Part shown: positions 12,990 to 24,374 of the stretch, piece after piece | Layout: every line of letters starts with the position of its first letter | How positions within the stretch are numbered: the first letter of the stretch is position 1 | Assembly (NCBI RefSeq): GCF_000143415.4 | Contig: NW_003314300.1 | Location: 1,099,014 to 1,163,013, forward strand | DNA: 64,000 bases | Reading direction: 5' to 3' | From: Selaginella moellendorffii | Taxonomy: Eukaryota > Plantae > Lycopodiophyta | The notes under the pieces: model-generated | Seen by the model: the letters and a program-made list of their open reading frames with translations, nothing else | Database searches by the model: none | What the model was told of the DNA's origin: nothing | Program-made: the position numbers and the translations under genes

Positions 12990-13412
12990 NNNNNNNNNNN
13001 NNNNNNNNNNNNNNNNNNNNNNNNNNNNNNNNNNNNNNNNNNNNNNNNNNNNNNNNNNNNNNNNNNNNNNNNNNNNNNNNNNNNNNNNNNNNNNNNNNNN
13101 NNNNNNNNNNNNNNNNNNNNNNNNNNNNNNNNNNNNNNNNNNNNNNNNNNNNNNNNNNNNNNNNNNNNNNNNNNNNNNNNNNNNNNNNNNNNNNNNNNNN
13201 NNNNNNNNNNNNNNNNNNNNNNNNNNNNNNNNNNNNNNNNNNNNNNNNNNNNNNNNNNNNNNNNNNNNNNNNNNNNNNNNNNNNNNNNNNNNNNNNNNNN
13301 NNNNNNNNNNNNNNNNNNNNNNNNNNNNNNNNNNNNNNNNNNNNNNNNNNNNNNNNNNNNNNNNNNNNNNNNNNNNNNNNNNNNNNNNNNNNNNNNNNNN
13401 NNNNNNNNNNNN
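12990..13412. other. Assembly gap (N run)
   Basis: Run of n. Confidence 1.
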
Positions 13413-13637
13413 TTGTGTGCATATCAGTAGCGCCGCTCCGTACACGCAACACCACAACTGCTCGTAGCGCCGCTCGCACAAACTGCCACTCGCATAAACT
13501 ACCGCTCGTAGATGCATAAACCACAGCTCACAATGCCGCTTACACAAGCAGCGCTCACTGCGCTCAGCGGAACCAAGAACACGGCGCACAAAAATGATAG
13601 ACCTAGGAATGAGTTTGAGAATTCAAAAATAACACAC

Positions 13638-15425
13638 GTTTGAACGTCACATCAAATCCTCTGACAAACCAGATCTTATGATTCCTCTGACAAATTTCAA
13701 ACTGAGTAGCTTCTAGACTTTGCTGTCGGAGGTTGAACTTTGTCACATCATGTCCTTGCCTCGATCCAGCTGTGCCATGTCAGTGATTCGAACTTTGCCA
13801 TGCCATATCAGCGATCCGCGCCAAGATTATTCGTCGTGTAAAGGAATAATTATGCTGTGTGTGTATGTCCATTTATGGCAATATAAGGCCACACGCCATT
13901 CAAAGAATAATGTTAGTTGAGCATTTTTTGGTGCATTTTTGGGTTCAAAATTGCATGAGCCCACACGCTATAAAGTTTACCTATACCAAAAATAGAAACA
14001 GCTTTATTTACTTGGGAATTTAAGTGGTTGAGGCATTTTTAAACTTACAAACACATGCCCTACTTACATTCCTTTGGTTGCTTAAAATTCAAAAATATTA
14101 TAAACCTTTCTTTTTGCATTTTCAATGTTTTCAATTATGGTTTTTGATTTTCGCAGGACCAGCCTAGTAATCTATTTGCATCCCGTCATGTTTATAGCTA
14201 GCTTTCGTTTGTCCCCTTCGCTAGCCTGAGATACATCTGCTTGGCATCTGCCTCTTACAGCATTTGCCCAGAAAGGGCATCTTTCTTCACGCAGCATTTG
14301 CCACATGTTTAGGGTTTAGGGTTTAGCAATTCAGTAGCTTGATAAACATGCAAATACAGAACTTGATGCAAAATCCTTTGATATGTCACAATGCCCCTAG
14401 GACCATAAACACATTTCAATAGAGAGGGTCCTTTCATTTCATAACTCCTTACGTAGATCTTGGTGAAACCAGAGTTAGTGAAGTTAGTTTCTTGTGATCC
14501 CGCATTTGATTGTGATGTCCCTTTGCAGTGTCGATGGAAAGGTCAATGCACACCAAACTGTAAAATCTTGGAGCAAAATAACGGTCGGATCTATGGCAAA
14601 TGCCCCTGAAACATTGTAAGGCTCGTGTGGTCTCATGTGGTGTCTGATCGAGATGCTTCTCTGCAGGGTCATCAAGAAGGGCATTGTATACCATTTTGTA
14701 AAATCTAGTTGCGATCTAACGGTTGGATCTCCAGAAAACTCAAAAAAATCTCGCACGTGTTAGAATATTCTAGGAATATACTCCTATGTGCCCCTGAAAA
14801 TGGCATGTGGCCCCACGCCATTCAAGAGATAACGCCAGATGACGCCGAGCATTTTTTTGTGCATTTTTTGGGATCAAAATTGCATGAGCCCACACGCTTG
14901 AACGTCACATCAAATCCTCTGACAAACCAGATCTTATAATTCCTCTGACAAATTTCAAACTGAGTAGCTTCTAGACTTTGCTGTCGGATGTTGAACTTTG
15001 TCACATCATGTCCTTGCCTCGATCCAGCTGTGCCATGTCAGTGATTCGAACTTTGCCATGCCATGTCAGCGATCCGTGCCAAGATTATTCGCCATGTAAC
15101 TGCTCGGCATCTGCCTCTTACAACATTTGCCCAGAAAGGGTATCTTTCTTCACGTAGCATTTGCCACATGTTTAGGGTTTAGGGTTTAGCAATTCAGTAG
15201 CTTGATAAACATGCAAATACAGAACTTAATGCAAAATCCTTTGATATGTCAGGACCATAAACACATTTTAATAAAGAGGGTCCTTTCATTTTATAACTCC
15301 TTACGTAGATCTTGGTGAAACTAGAGTTAGTGAAGTTGGTTTCTTGTGATCCCGCATCTGATTGTGATGTCCCTTTGCAGTGTCGATGGAAAGGTCAATG
15401 CACACCAAACTGTAGAATCTTGGAG
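13638..15425. repeat. Rearranged internal duplications in the transposon's central non-coding region
   Basis: ~13640-13840 recurs at ~14899-15098; ~14243-14575 at ~15106-15425; ~13919-13969 at ~14847-14898; TTTAGGGTTTAGGG at ~14308 and ~15171. Confidence 0.85.
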
Positions 15426-16281
15426 AATCTTGCATGGTATAAATATAGCGAGGGTATTAAATGATATCCCAATCATGATCTTTCTTTTGGATTTCGCGTG
15501 TATGCAGTCCGAGGAATGATGACGTTATGGATTTCTTTTGGATTTCACGTGCATGCATGCACGCAGCGATCCAGAAATTAATGGTGGCGCCCAAGTCCAA
15601 GGAATGATGACGTGGCGGGATTACCAACCGTCGTGACATTTCGCGCGTGTGAGGTTAGGTTTTGCATCATACTCGCGCTCACACACTCGCGCTCGCATCG
15701 CGCTCCCACTCGCGATCACGCTCACATTCGCGCTCATCTACCTTCTCTACAGGTTTCTCGTGTGCATCGGCGTCCACTCGCGCTTGCATCACACTCGCGC
15801 TCGCATCGCGCTCGTGTGCATCGGCGTCCACTTCAAGACACACCCAGTTTATAACTTTGCCGCCAACTCTGCCGCCCACTCCGCCACCCACACGCAGCCC
15901 ACTTGGCGTCCCGGGAGATTTCAGCGCCACTCTCCAACTGTAAGTGGCAGAGTAGCCTTGCTGCTACGATCCGCTGCACACACAATGCACATTCGCCAGC
16001 GAGTCCGGCCTCAATTGTCACGCCTCCATTCGGCTTCAAATGGTAAGTCTTTTAGGCCAAGTAGAAAATGGCATGAGGCCACATGCCATTCAGTAGCAAC
16101 ATTGGCATGCACCGATTGGGCTCTCGAGTGCAGTCCGGTTACAGATGGCGTGTAGCCTCATGCCATCTTAGGATGCAGCCTCAAGACATCTGATGCAGTG
16201 GTGAATGGCGTGTGGCCTCACGTTATTTCCAGCTGCTAGCTTTTCATCTGTCAGCTCTAATTGTTGTGCATTTCTGAACAG

Positions 16282-19200
16282 GCGAGGAATTGCGTTCTTC
16301 TTCCAGCCACTATCAATGTGGATGCAGAGAAGGGGGAGGAGCTCACCAGTTGGACTTTCGGGATGGAAGGCGAGGATCTGAGGCTGTACAACACAGATGG
16401 TGGGAGAAAAGAATGCATGGGGATCCTCATCCAAGTGACAGACACTCCATGCAGTTCCATGCAAGAATATGGACTGGCACTTGTGGTAGAGACAGCGTCC
16501 GCCTTCAAGATCCACCTTGCACATCCTAGCGGCTTCCCGGAAGGGGGGCAGCGGCTATGAGGAATTCCTAGAGGGAGCTAGGGAGAGGTTGTCCAGGAGG
16601 CCCACAATTTCAAATACGCTGCGGGTCTATGAAGATCACATGGAATCCACGGACCTCACCTACGACGATGTTCAAAAACTATATTTCAACATTGAGCCGT
16701 TGAGAGTGCCTCCAGTTCGCGAAGCGAAGGGGAAGGGGGTCGATCTGGAAACTACCCCGAAGCAGAAAAGGGTGGTCAAGCTCAAGCCGATGTCTAACTC
16801 TCCTGCTCCAAAAAAGAAGCTACTCGGTGATGCCATTGCCTCGGGTTTGAACACTACACCCACCAAAAAGAAGAGCCGCAAAGAGTAGAAAGAGCAAGAA
16901 GAGGCAGCAAAAATCGTCGCAAATTAGTACTTGTTACTATTCCAACAAAGTATATATAATCGACGTGAGCCGTATCGACATCCAAAGCAAATACAACCAC
17001 AGGCTAGTATCTGATGAGTGGGTGGAGAAACTGAAGCAGAAGATGCTGGCAAGTCCAGTATCACCCGACATCGCAGACGTGATCCCTTACTACCGAACAA
17101 TGAAGGGCGAGACGAGGTTTCCAGACTTAATCAATAGGAAGGTGTTGGACGATCAGAACATCCGATTCTATGCTGTCTCCAGGCAGCATTCTAGCTTGGC
17201 GATGCAAGAGATAGTTGTGGATATTATGGTGGGCGAGGAGGTGAAGAAAGTCTTCAAGACAAGAGTTGTCCGCCTGATAAAAGGCAACTCGCCCCTCCGA
17301 TCTATCATATACATCTCCCACGTGCAGAATGTCAAGCAAGAAACGTGCTACAAATCGGGTCTGCACGAGACATTGGCACGAACACGGAAGCTCTGGGTTC
17401 AACTGAAGAAGCCACAAAAACCAGGACAAGGACGTGCACTAGCAACTAGCGCCTGACAGGTAAGCCTCGTTGCATGTGGCATAGCATGTGGCCTCACGCC
17501 ATTTCCATTGCAGGAATTCTCGAGTCTTCTTTCGAAAACACTGGGGGTCAATGACACACTCAGCATCCATAACATTCTACTCGCGACAAAAGTTGTTTTT
17601 GACAAATGGGTAGATGTGCTGAGGGGGTACCATGACGGGGAGTTGCTAAACTCAATGGGTGTGGAGGACGGCCGGAAGCCCAATGATTTGAAGCTTAACG
17701 CCTTGCGTTTCTCGCGGTCTCTAGACGACGACGACCTTCTGACAGTGGCTAATGCTCTTCTACGTGGTGAAGTAGTCTTCAACAAGACCAAAATGACTCC
17801 CGGCCATATTGTGACATACGAGGACTTGTGCACGACTCTGAGAGCTCGTGCGCTATTGAAGGATTGGATCTTCGAGCAAGTGGCCGTGGAGAGGGTGAGC
17901 ATCGACACCACGCAAGAGATGATGGAAGAGCTGGAGTTGTCAAATAAAGACATCGACGAGTACGTGAAGGGGGCCCCCAAGTTCATCGATCTGCTGCAGG
18001 ATGCCACGAAAAGTAAAGCTGAGAAGTTGGATCAGTATCCAAATTTCATTAAGAGGGATGTCGACTGCCGGCTTCAGAAACAGCTCGACCCCGCAGCAGA
18101 GGCCTATCGAGAACCTTACCGGGTATACGTGAATTCGGATGAGGATCAAAGGTGGAGGAGCATCGTTTCCCGCGGAGATGAGCAGGTCAAGAACATCTTT
18201 TGTGTGATGGACTTCACAAACGAGGAGATCACTCATGCAGACGAAGTCAGCTCCATTATTGACTTAATGGTGGGACTTGCGGAGGTGGAATCTTCAATCC
18301 ACTATATGATCTACGACTCCGAATCCTATCACAAGTTCTGGAAGGCCTTGAACGAGGTGAAGGCTCGGTTGAAAGGCAAGGAGATGCAGGAGATCCATGG
18401 GATAATGGCTAAGAAGAAGATACCGACGAATGTCCGCATCTTCACACTCGCCCTTGTTATTGGTCCTGCAGCAGAGTGGGACTGGAATGACTTCCCAGCT
18501 TCGTTCGACAAGGCCGATCGAATTGATTTGAGGGAGGTCAATTTACCCGTGCCTGAGGAACTGAAGACGGCTATGGAGCTTTCGAATCCAGAGAAAGCTC
18601 CAGGTGCAGCATGGGAAATGCTCAGTTGGGTCTTTAACGCAATAGCGGGTGGGTCACCTGCTTTCGACTCCAAGGGCAAATGCGTTGTCGAGTACAACTG
18701 CGGCGGACTATTCTTTCGAGCCGCACTACTCAAGGGTGTCCCGTGTGTTACGGTGACAAACTCCATTGAAGAGGTGACTTCAATGGAGCATATAATTACA
18801 GTTGCCAAAGAAAAACAGTATCTTCTCTGCGAACCTGGTGAGTACGCACTTTAAGTTTAAATGTTATCTCACAAGCTCTGTATGCAGGAGCGTGGCCACC
18901 CCCAGATGCTGAAACGGCGTTAATAGCTACTGTTGAAGATACCCATGTTGGGCCGAGCTCACAACCTGCACAAGGTCACGTGAGGCCTCACGCCATTTTG
19001 ATTATAGATCGTTGTGAATATTCAGACACGAGGACTGAAAAGCGCACTGGTGGCGCGTCGAAGAAGGACAAACAGACAAGCAATAGGAAAAAAGGAGGTA
19101 CAAATTATATTTGCAATGGCGTGTGGTCTCATGCCATTCCTTGCAGGAGACACTTCTTTAAAGGCAAAACAGGCAAGCACCAGCCAAGCTCAAACTGACA

Positions 19201-19890
19201 GTGGTCATAAAAAGCGAAAGCACGTTGGACAGTCGTCGGGATCAGAGGCGTTTGATTCGAAAAGGAAGAAGGGCAACGAAAAGATGATAGGTAATGCCTT
19301 GCGGTTATGGCGTGTGTGCTCATGCCATTCATTGCAGATCAAGGGCTGAGTGAAAGCAGCCAGTCACCACCTCCTGACTCAGATTCCTATGGCGGACTCC
19401 CCTTCCCCAATCTCAATGGAGAGGTACAATGGATGAGGGATGCTTTTTAAGTCAGGGCCACGTTTTTCTCATCTCGTCGTCTTCGAAGGGTGCAAGAACG
19501 TGCAAAAACCATGTTAAGACAGTCGAGTGAGGATACGGTCCTAGGTCACGCACTAAAACAGGCTATGGATGTCTTGTATTTTGAGATGGAGACTCGGTCA
19601 GATGATTTTCCCAAGATGGTCCTAGAAGAACAAGCCATCCAGCCTGAGCAGCCTATGGAAGAAATGCAGGAGGGGGATGAGGAGCCAGAGAAAGATAATG
19701 AGCAGGAAGAGCAGAAGGATGAAGAGAAGGACAAAGAAGAAGAGGACGAAGAAGAGGAGGACGAAGAGGACTTGGATGGTCTTCACAATGGTGACGATCA
19801 CAATAACGACAACGACGATGATGACGACGATGGCCAGCCTGAGGTGGCCAAAGAGCAGCGGAGGAAGGTCATACAAGACAAACCATCAGG
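16282..19890 (+). pseudogene. Multi-exon transposon cargo gene: ParB/Srx-like domain + degenerate beta-class N6/N4 DNA methyltransferase fold + acidic tail
   Basis: ParB-like YNHRLVSDEWVEKLKQKM...FYAVSRQHSSLA...ISHVQN (16965-17456). MTase-like NIFCVMDFT ... NPEKAP ... GKCVVEYNCGGLFFRAALLKGVPCVTV (17508-18854). GT-AG introns, e.g. 17460-17513, 18838-18887, 19098-19146, 19291-19337. Premature stops at 16886, ~16925, 17454 plus frameshifts. Confidence 0.6.
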
Positions 19891-20165
19891 TAAATAATAG
19901 TACATCCATTCCTAACCTTTTACCATTTCTAACATTGTCCATGTAGGTCGCAAAGCAAATGGTAAGTAGAGATTATTCAGTTGAATTAAGATACAAACTC
20001 TAGCCTTTAGTGTCGAGGAAGGATAGTGCCAAACAAGGGTCGAAACGTATGTCCAATCCTTCAGAATCAGCAGTGCGCCCAAGTGATATCGGTCCTAGTT
20101 CCTCAATAGCAGTTGATGGTAAATATAGTATAGTCGATTCAATGTGCTAATGAGTTTGTTTTTAG

Positions 20166-21663
20166 TAGCCAATAGGGAGGATACCATCTCAATCGAAGGG
20201 AGATATTTGGACATGCATATGGATCCGCCAATGGACTCTACTTGCCTGCAAGAGTCATCAGAGCTGGTGGAAGCTACTATCCATATCAACGCCAAGCAAG
20301 CTGACCACACTCCACTTGATGCTGCCCATACCACTGAGTCAATCTTGTCCACGTATCCAACTGACGGTGACCAGGTGCCATTGGACCCGCATGAGGCCGC
20401 CCCAGCCGCCGAGCCGGTCATATCCTCATTTCCAACGGACTCAACGTGTGCCCAATCGTCTGACTACACGCCGTTGGAACCTCCCTACACCGCCCCTGCT
20501 GCCTGTTCGGTCATGTCCACTTTGCCAACGGAGGCACCAGCTGAAATGGCGTGTGATCACATGCCATCGGAACCACCCCATGCCACTGTTGAGCCAGTTG
20601 TACCAGAGTCTACAGCTGAAATGGCATGTGCCCACACGCCATCGGATGCGATTGACCCCACATTGCAGAGGAGAGTATTTCCGCCCTTCACGTTTCCTCG
20701 ACCAAAACCCTCTCAACGACCATCGGGAGCACCATTCGCTAATATTGTAGATGGTAAAATTGACTTGTACCATTTTTTATGCTGACGCATTTCATTTCAG
20801 AGTCATGGCGAAGGTACTGTATCGTTTTTGATCTGAACGGTGTCCTTTTCTCCCATGAGCGTGGCTCGTCCTCGAATGTCATTGCACCCTCCAAAGCCTG
20901 TGGTCGCAAGTTGGTCAAAAGAGACAGATTCATATTAATCACACGGGAGAAACTACGGGATCTAATAATGACCATGCGACACTTAAAACAAAGGGCCGGG
21001 TTCAATTTGCAATTGGGAGTTTGGACATCCATGATGCGCCACAATGCATTAACGTTGTTATAGATGATGCACGATCAGACGTGAGTAATATTACCATTTG
21101 ACTTTCTCCTAACGCAGGAGGATTGCTTGACTATGGTCCATGTGAGGGGTAGTAAGCCCATCTTCGTCAAGCCAAAGGCTATAGTGATGAACCGGACTGC
21201 TAGGTCAAGTGAAATCCTCATCATCGATGACTCGCCAATTAAAACTGCAGCGAACACGCACACATATGCAGTGCACCCCATCTCTTGCAGTATGGAAACT
21301 AGGGAGAAGAAACCGTATGTTCTGGGGGACCTTGCAAAACGGCTTGGAGCGATGGTGATAGAGAACCGGCCAGTCCAGGAGGTGGCTGCAGAAATCAACC
21401 AAATGGCAGATGGAACGATATATTAGAAGCCATTTGATCGGACAAACACCAGTCATCATTTATGGCATGTATATTGTCTAGCCAAGCACTATCCGCATCT
21501 CCATAATCTGCTCAACCGGATGGGTTCTTCGACCACTGAACATGAGCGTGGACATATTAGAGAAGAGATGGCATTACTATTGGGTTTAAATCCTGATAGT
21601 GTGGAGAGTGATGAAATTCCAAGATTATTGTATAGGCGTTGGAGGCAAAAAATAACAATCTGA
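20166..21663 (+). pseudogene. FCP1/NIF-type HAD phosphatase domain, probably the 3' part of the same cargo transcript
   Basis: CIVFDLNGVLF (motif I), GVWTS, FDFLLTQEDC, ILIIDDSPIK..N. In-frame stops at 21061, 21082 and 21424 with the frame otherwise open to 21663. Confidence 0.75.
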
Positions 21664-22081
21664 GATGGCATGTATTTATTTAAAAATGTAACTTATTATG
21701 GCATGGGGTTTCATGCCATTGTATTAATATTAAAAAACAATTCTTTGAGAGGATTTGCATTATACTAGAAGTGTTATAGCATGTTATTGGAAGTCTACGA
21801 AGTTGTTTTATTAATAAGGGGAAAGTAAAGATTGAATGGGGACTTGGGCTCCACCTAAACTTGGAGCAACTGAGCTAATATTAAAAGGATGGAAAGAAAT
21901 TGGACGATGATAACAAGGAGAAGAGAGGGGTGAAGTAGTGGCAGGGGGAGGAGAAGTGACTGAGTAGACATTTCCTTGTTTAAAATAAAATGGCATGTGC
22001 CTTAATGCAGTTGAATTTTGTTATATTTATATACTATATAAAGGTTTGGAAACCTTATTTTACAAGTGGGATAATGACAAT

Positions 22082-22103
22082 TCCCACTTTAACGAAATAG
22101 AGC
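22082..22103 (-). repeat. Right terminal inverted repeat
   Basis: Exact reverse complement of 592-613. Confidence 0.9.
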
Positions 22104-23198
22104 TTTGTGGATCTTTAGAATTTTAAAAAGATAAAATAGTTACTTAAGTGGATCTTTGGAATCATGGGGGATAAATGGGGATATAATAGCCATTAAAGGC
22201 TCTTTTATCAAATAATTACCCCTTTTCCAATTGGTTTAAGGGGAGAGAGATAGAGTGCGTTATAGATCTTGACGAAGTATTAGCCACAACATTCTAAACT
22301 TGATCTGCTCAAATATATTTAACTTTGCATGAAGCAAAAGGTTTTGGAAACAAACACTAAATTGCATTTTTTATTTAAATAGCCCTTGACTAAGATGATG
22401 TAATTATTAAAAGATATTATTACAATTGTTAGCATATTTAAATGCATATTTGAAAATGTCTGAGAGAATGTTCCAATTCATATGAGTGGTTACACTCAAA
22501 CTATTGTACCACTATAACACCATCCCTTTGAAATATATAGAAAATTCATATAAATGCCAAGCATCATCCCAAGAATAATATATAATAATCACTATAAAAT
22601 GATTGAACAAATAGTACACATCATCTATAGAATTCTTATGGAAAAACTCCAGTCAAATGTGAGGATTAGTAACAAGAGCAAAAGGAATTGTATTACGTGC
22701 CGTGAATGTTGCTATTAATTGAGTCTAATTGTTCAATTACATAACATTGAGCAATTGCATTAATTATTACTCTAGAGTCAAAAGAGAAGGTTTGCCACTA
22801 AAACAAAAAGGAAATAACAAAAAAGAAAAAATTGAAAAATCTATAAGGAAAATGGTATTTAGATGATGTAAAAGTTAAATTTGAACCAAAATCCCAAATC
22901 CAAACACTCAGGACAATCAAAGTTACCCCTTATCTCCATCAATATGAATGCATGAAATATAAAAATAAAATAAGAAATGTGCATATTAATTAACCCAAAA
23001 ATTCTAACTTATATACATGAGCAAGTGGTTTAAATTAAAACCTGGCAATCAAAGTCCCACTAAAATAATGCAATGCAGTTGAAAGTTTAGAACTTAAGGT
23101 TTAGATTTAAGGCGAATATACCTCTGCGATTCTTGGAAGCGATAGATTTCTTGATTGCTAGTCCCTTCCGCGGCAATAACAGAGCTTCTTGGACAGGC

Positions 23199-24338
23199 TC
23201 ATTGGTGAAATATTAGCGCAAATATTTGCCTCGCCATGCGCTCGATCTCGCGCTTAGAAGCTCGGGACAATGCTGTCACTGGGCACTCAAAGGAACCGGT
23301 CAGATTCCTGGGCAGCGAAATCGAAAGCAAAGATTACTCACGCCAGGGAAGAAATGGGAAGTTGCATTGCTCGTCCGGGATAGAGATGGCGAATGCTACT
23401 GCCTGGATGCATAAACGAGAATGAGAGCCAAAGTGATGCGTTTTTTCATACCAGGATCGACGCAGCGGAGAGGTCAGAGGGAACGCTGGCAAAGTTGAAT
23501 TGGCCGTCGCCATATAGCAAGTCGATGATGTGAAACACCGTGCTTTGCTTGACTAGCTTCCCAACCGTGGCTGTGTTCCTGTGAGAGAGAGCGCAGCAAT
23601 GGAATCGATACCTCCATTCAGTTGTGGCGTACCTGAGCTTGGAGAGTAAATCGCTCGCGACATCAGAGACTAGAGTACCCGTCCGGACATCAAACTTCAT
23701 GGCCTTGGGGAACAAAGGAAAATCGGTGTTAAAAACGCTTTAAAACGCTGTGAGGCAACGCACGCGACCTTCATGAGAAGGATCTCCTGGAATCGCACGA
23801 AAGGAGTTGGCAAACTTTCACTTAAAACTCGTAAAAAAGGAGAGAACTCACCGCCTCAGCGAAGTCCCTCGTACAAGTATGAACGTCGGGAATTAAATCG
23901 TTGGCAATCTCCTTGAGAAGAATCGGCTTTGTTTCGTGTATCTGAGCTTTCAAAGGAATGAGAAGAATGAAAAGAAAAGACTGGATCACACTGTGCCTTG
24001 CTCGCGATCCAAACGAAGACGAGACCGATGAACTGGAGGCTCTTCCTGGCAACAAGCCGGGAAATCTGCTCCTCCACGGCGCTCCCACAATCCATTCTGC
24101 CAGGAAATCATCCACTCAGGCACACAAATCGCAGGAAATTTTCCAGACCTGTGCATCCATGGAAGGAATCGGTCGGCAAAGAGCGACAGCGCGCAATATT
24201 TCGTCGATGGGAGCGCATTCACGAGCTACATGGCCAGGAATCGTCGATAAGATCATAGATTTCGATCTCACTTGCCTGGCAGACGTGAAGAATGAGCCCC
24301 ACGGCCTCCCGTCGCTCCGCCTTGGACACTGGCCCCAT
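23199..24338 (-). CDS. CYCJ18: Cyclin J18-like, multi-exon
   Basis: Manually spliced: MGPVSKAERREAVGLILHVCQ|LVNALPSTKYCALSLFADRFLP..|..LQFIGLVFVWIASK|IHETKP..RDFAEA|EILLMK|AMKFDV..|..FPFLPW|..IFHQ*, matching plant CYCJ18 motifs (KYSALSLFxDRF, WISxK, RDFxxAE, FPxLPW). Confidence 0.75.
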
Positions 24339-24374
24339 AGCCACACCAGTTTAGGGTTTTATGATTCAAAGGGT

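Larger units (their letters stand above)
816..22011. repeat. Dispersed 22-bp palindrome family ATGGCRTGWG-NN-CWCAYGCCAT (about 25 copies)
   Basis: Copies start at about 816, 1132, 1221, 1628, 1741(split), 9550, 9710, 9856, 11198, 11255, 12859, 12929, 13878, 13950, 14800, 14879, 16068, 16145, 16205, 17481, 18975, 19116, 19307, 20546, 20621, 21698, 21990; several are degenerate. Confidence 0.9.
592..22103. mobile_element. Large TIR DNA transposon (Sola1-like), ~21.5 kb including a nested 7.7 kb LTR element; decayed
   Basis: Perfect 22-bp inverted repeats GCTCTATTTCGTTAAAGTGGGA (592-613) and TCCCACTTTAACGAAATAGAGC (22082-22103) enclose a DDD transposase, cargo genes and an element-restricted palindrome family. 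No clean TSD could be read. Confidence 0.85.

Noticed and set aside
12880-13589. ORFs spanning the N run
   Set aside because: Artefacts of the assembly gap.
14308-14325. Interstitial telomere
   Set aside because: Only ~2.5 units; better explained as telo-box-like motifs within a duplicated block.
816-22011. Palindromes as CRISPR repeats or bacterial REP elements
   Set aside because: Irregular spacing from tens to thousands of bp and location in spliceosomal introns; no cas or RAYT gene.
23958-24374. N-terminal extension of the 299-aa plus-strand ORF
   Set aside because: It is antisense to the cyclin J18-like exons; the SET gene more plausibly starts at 24375.
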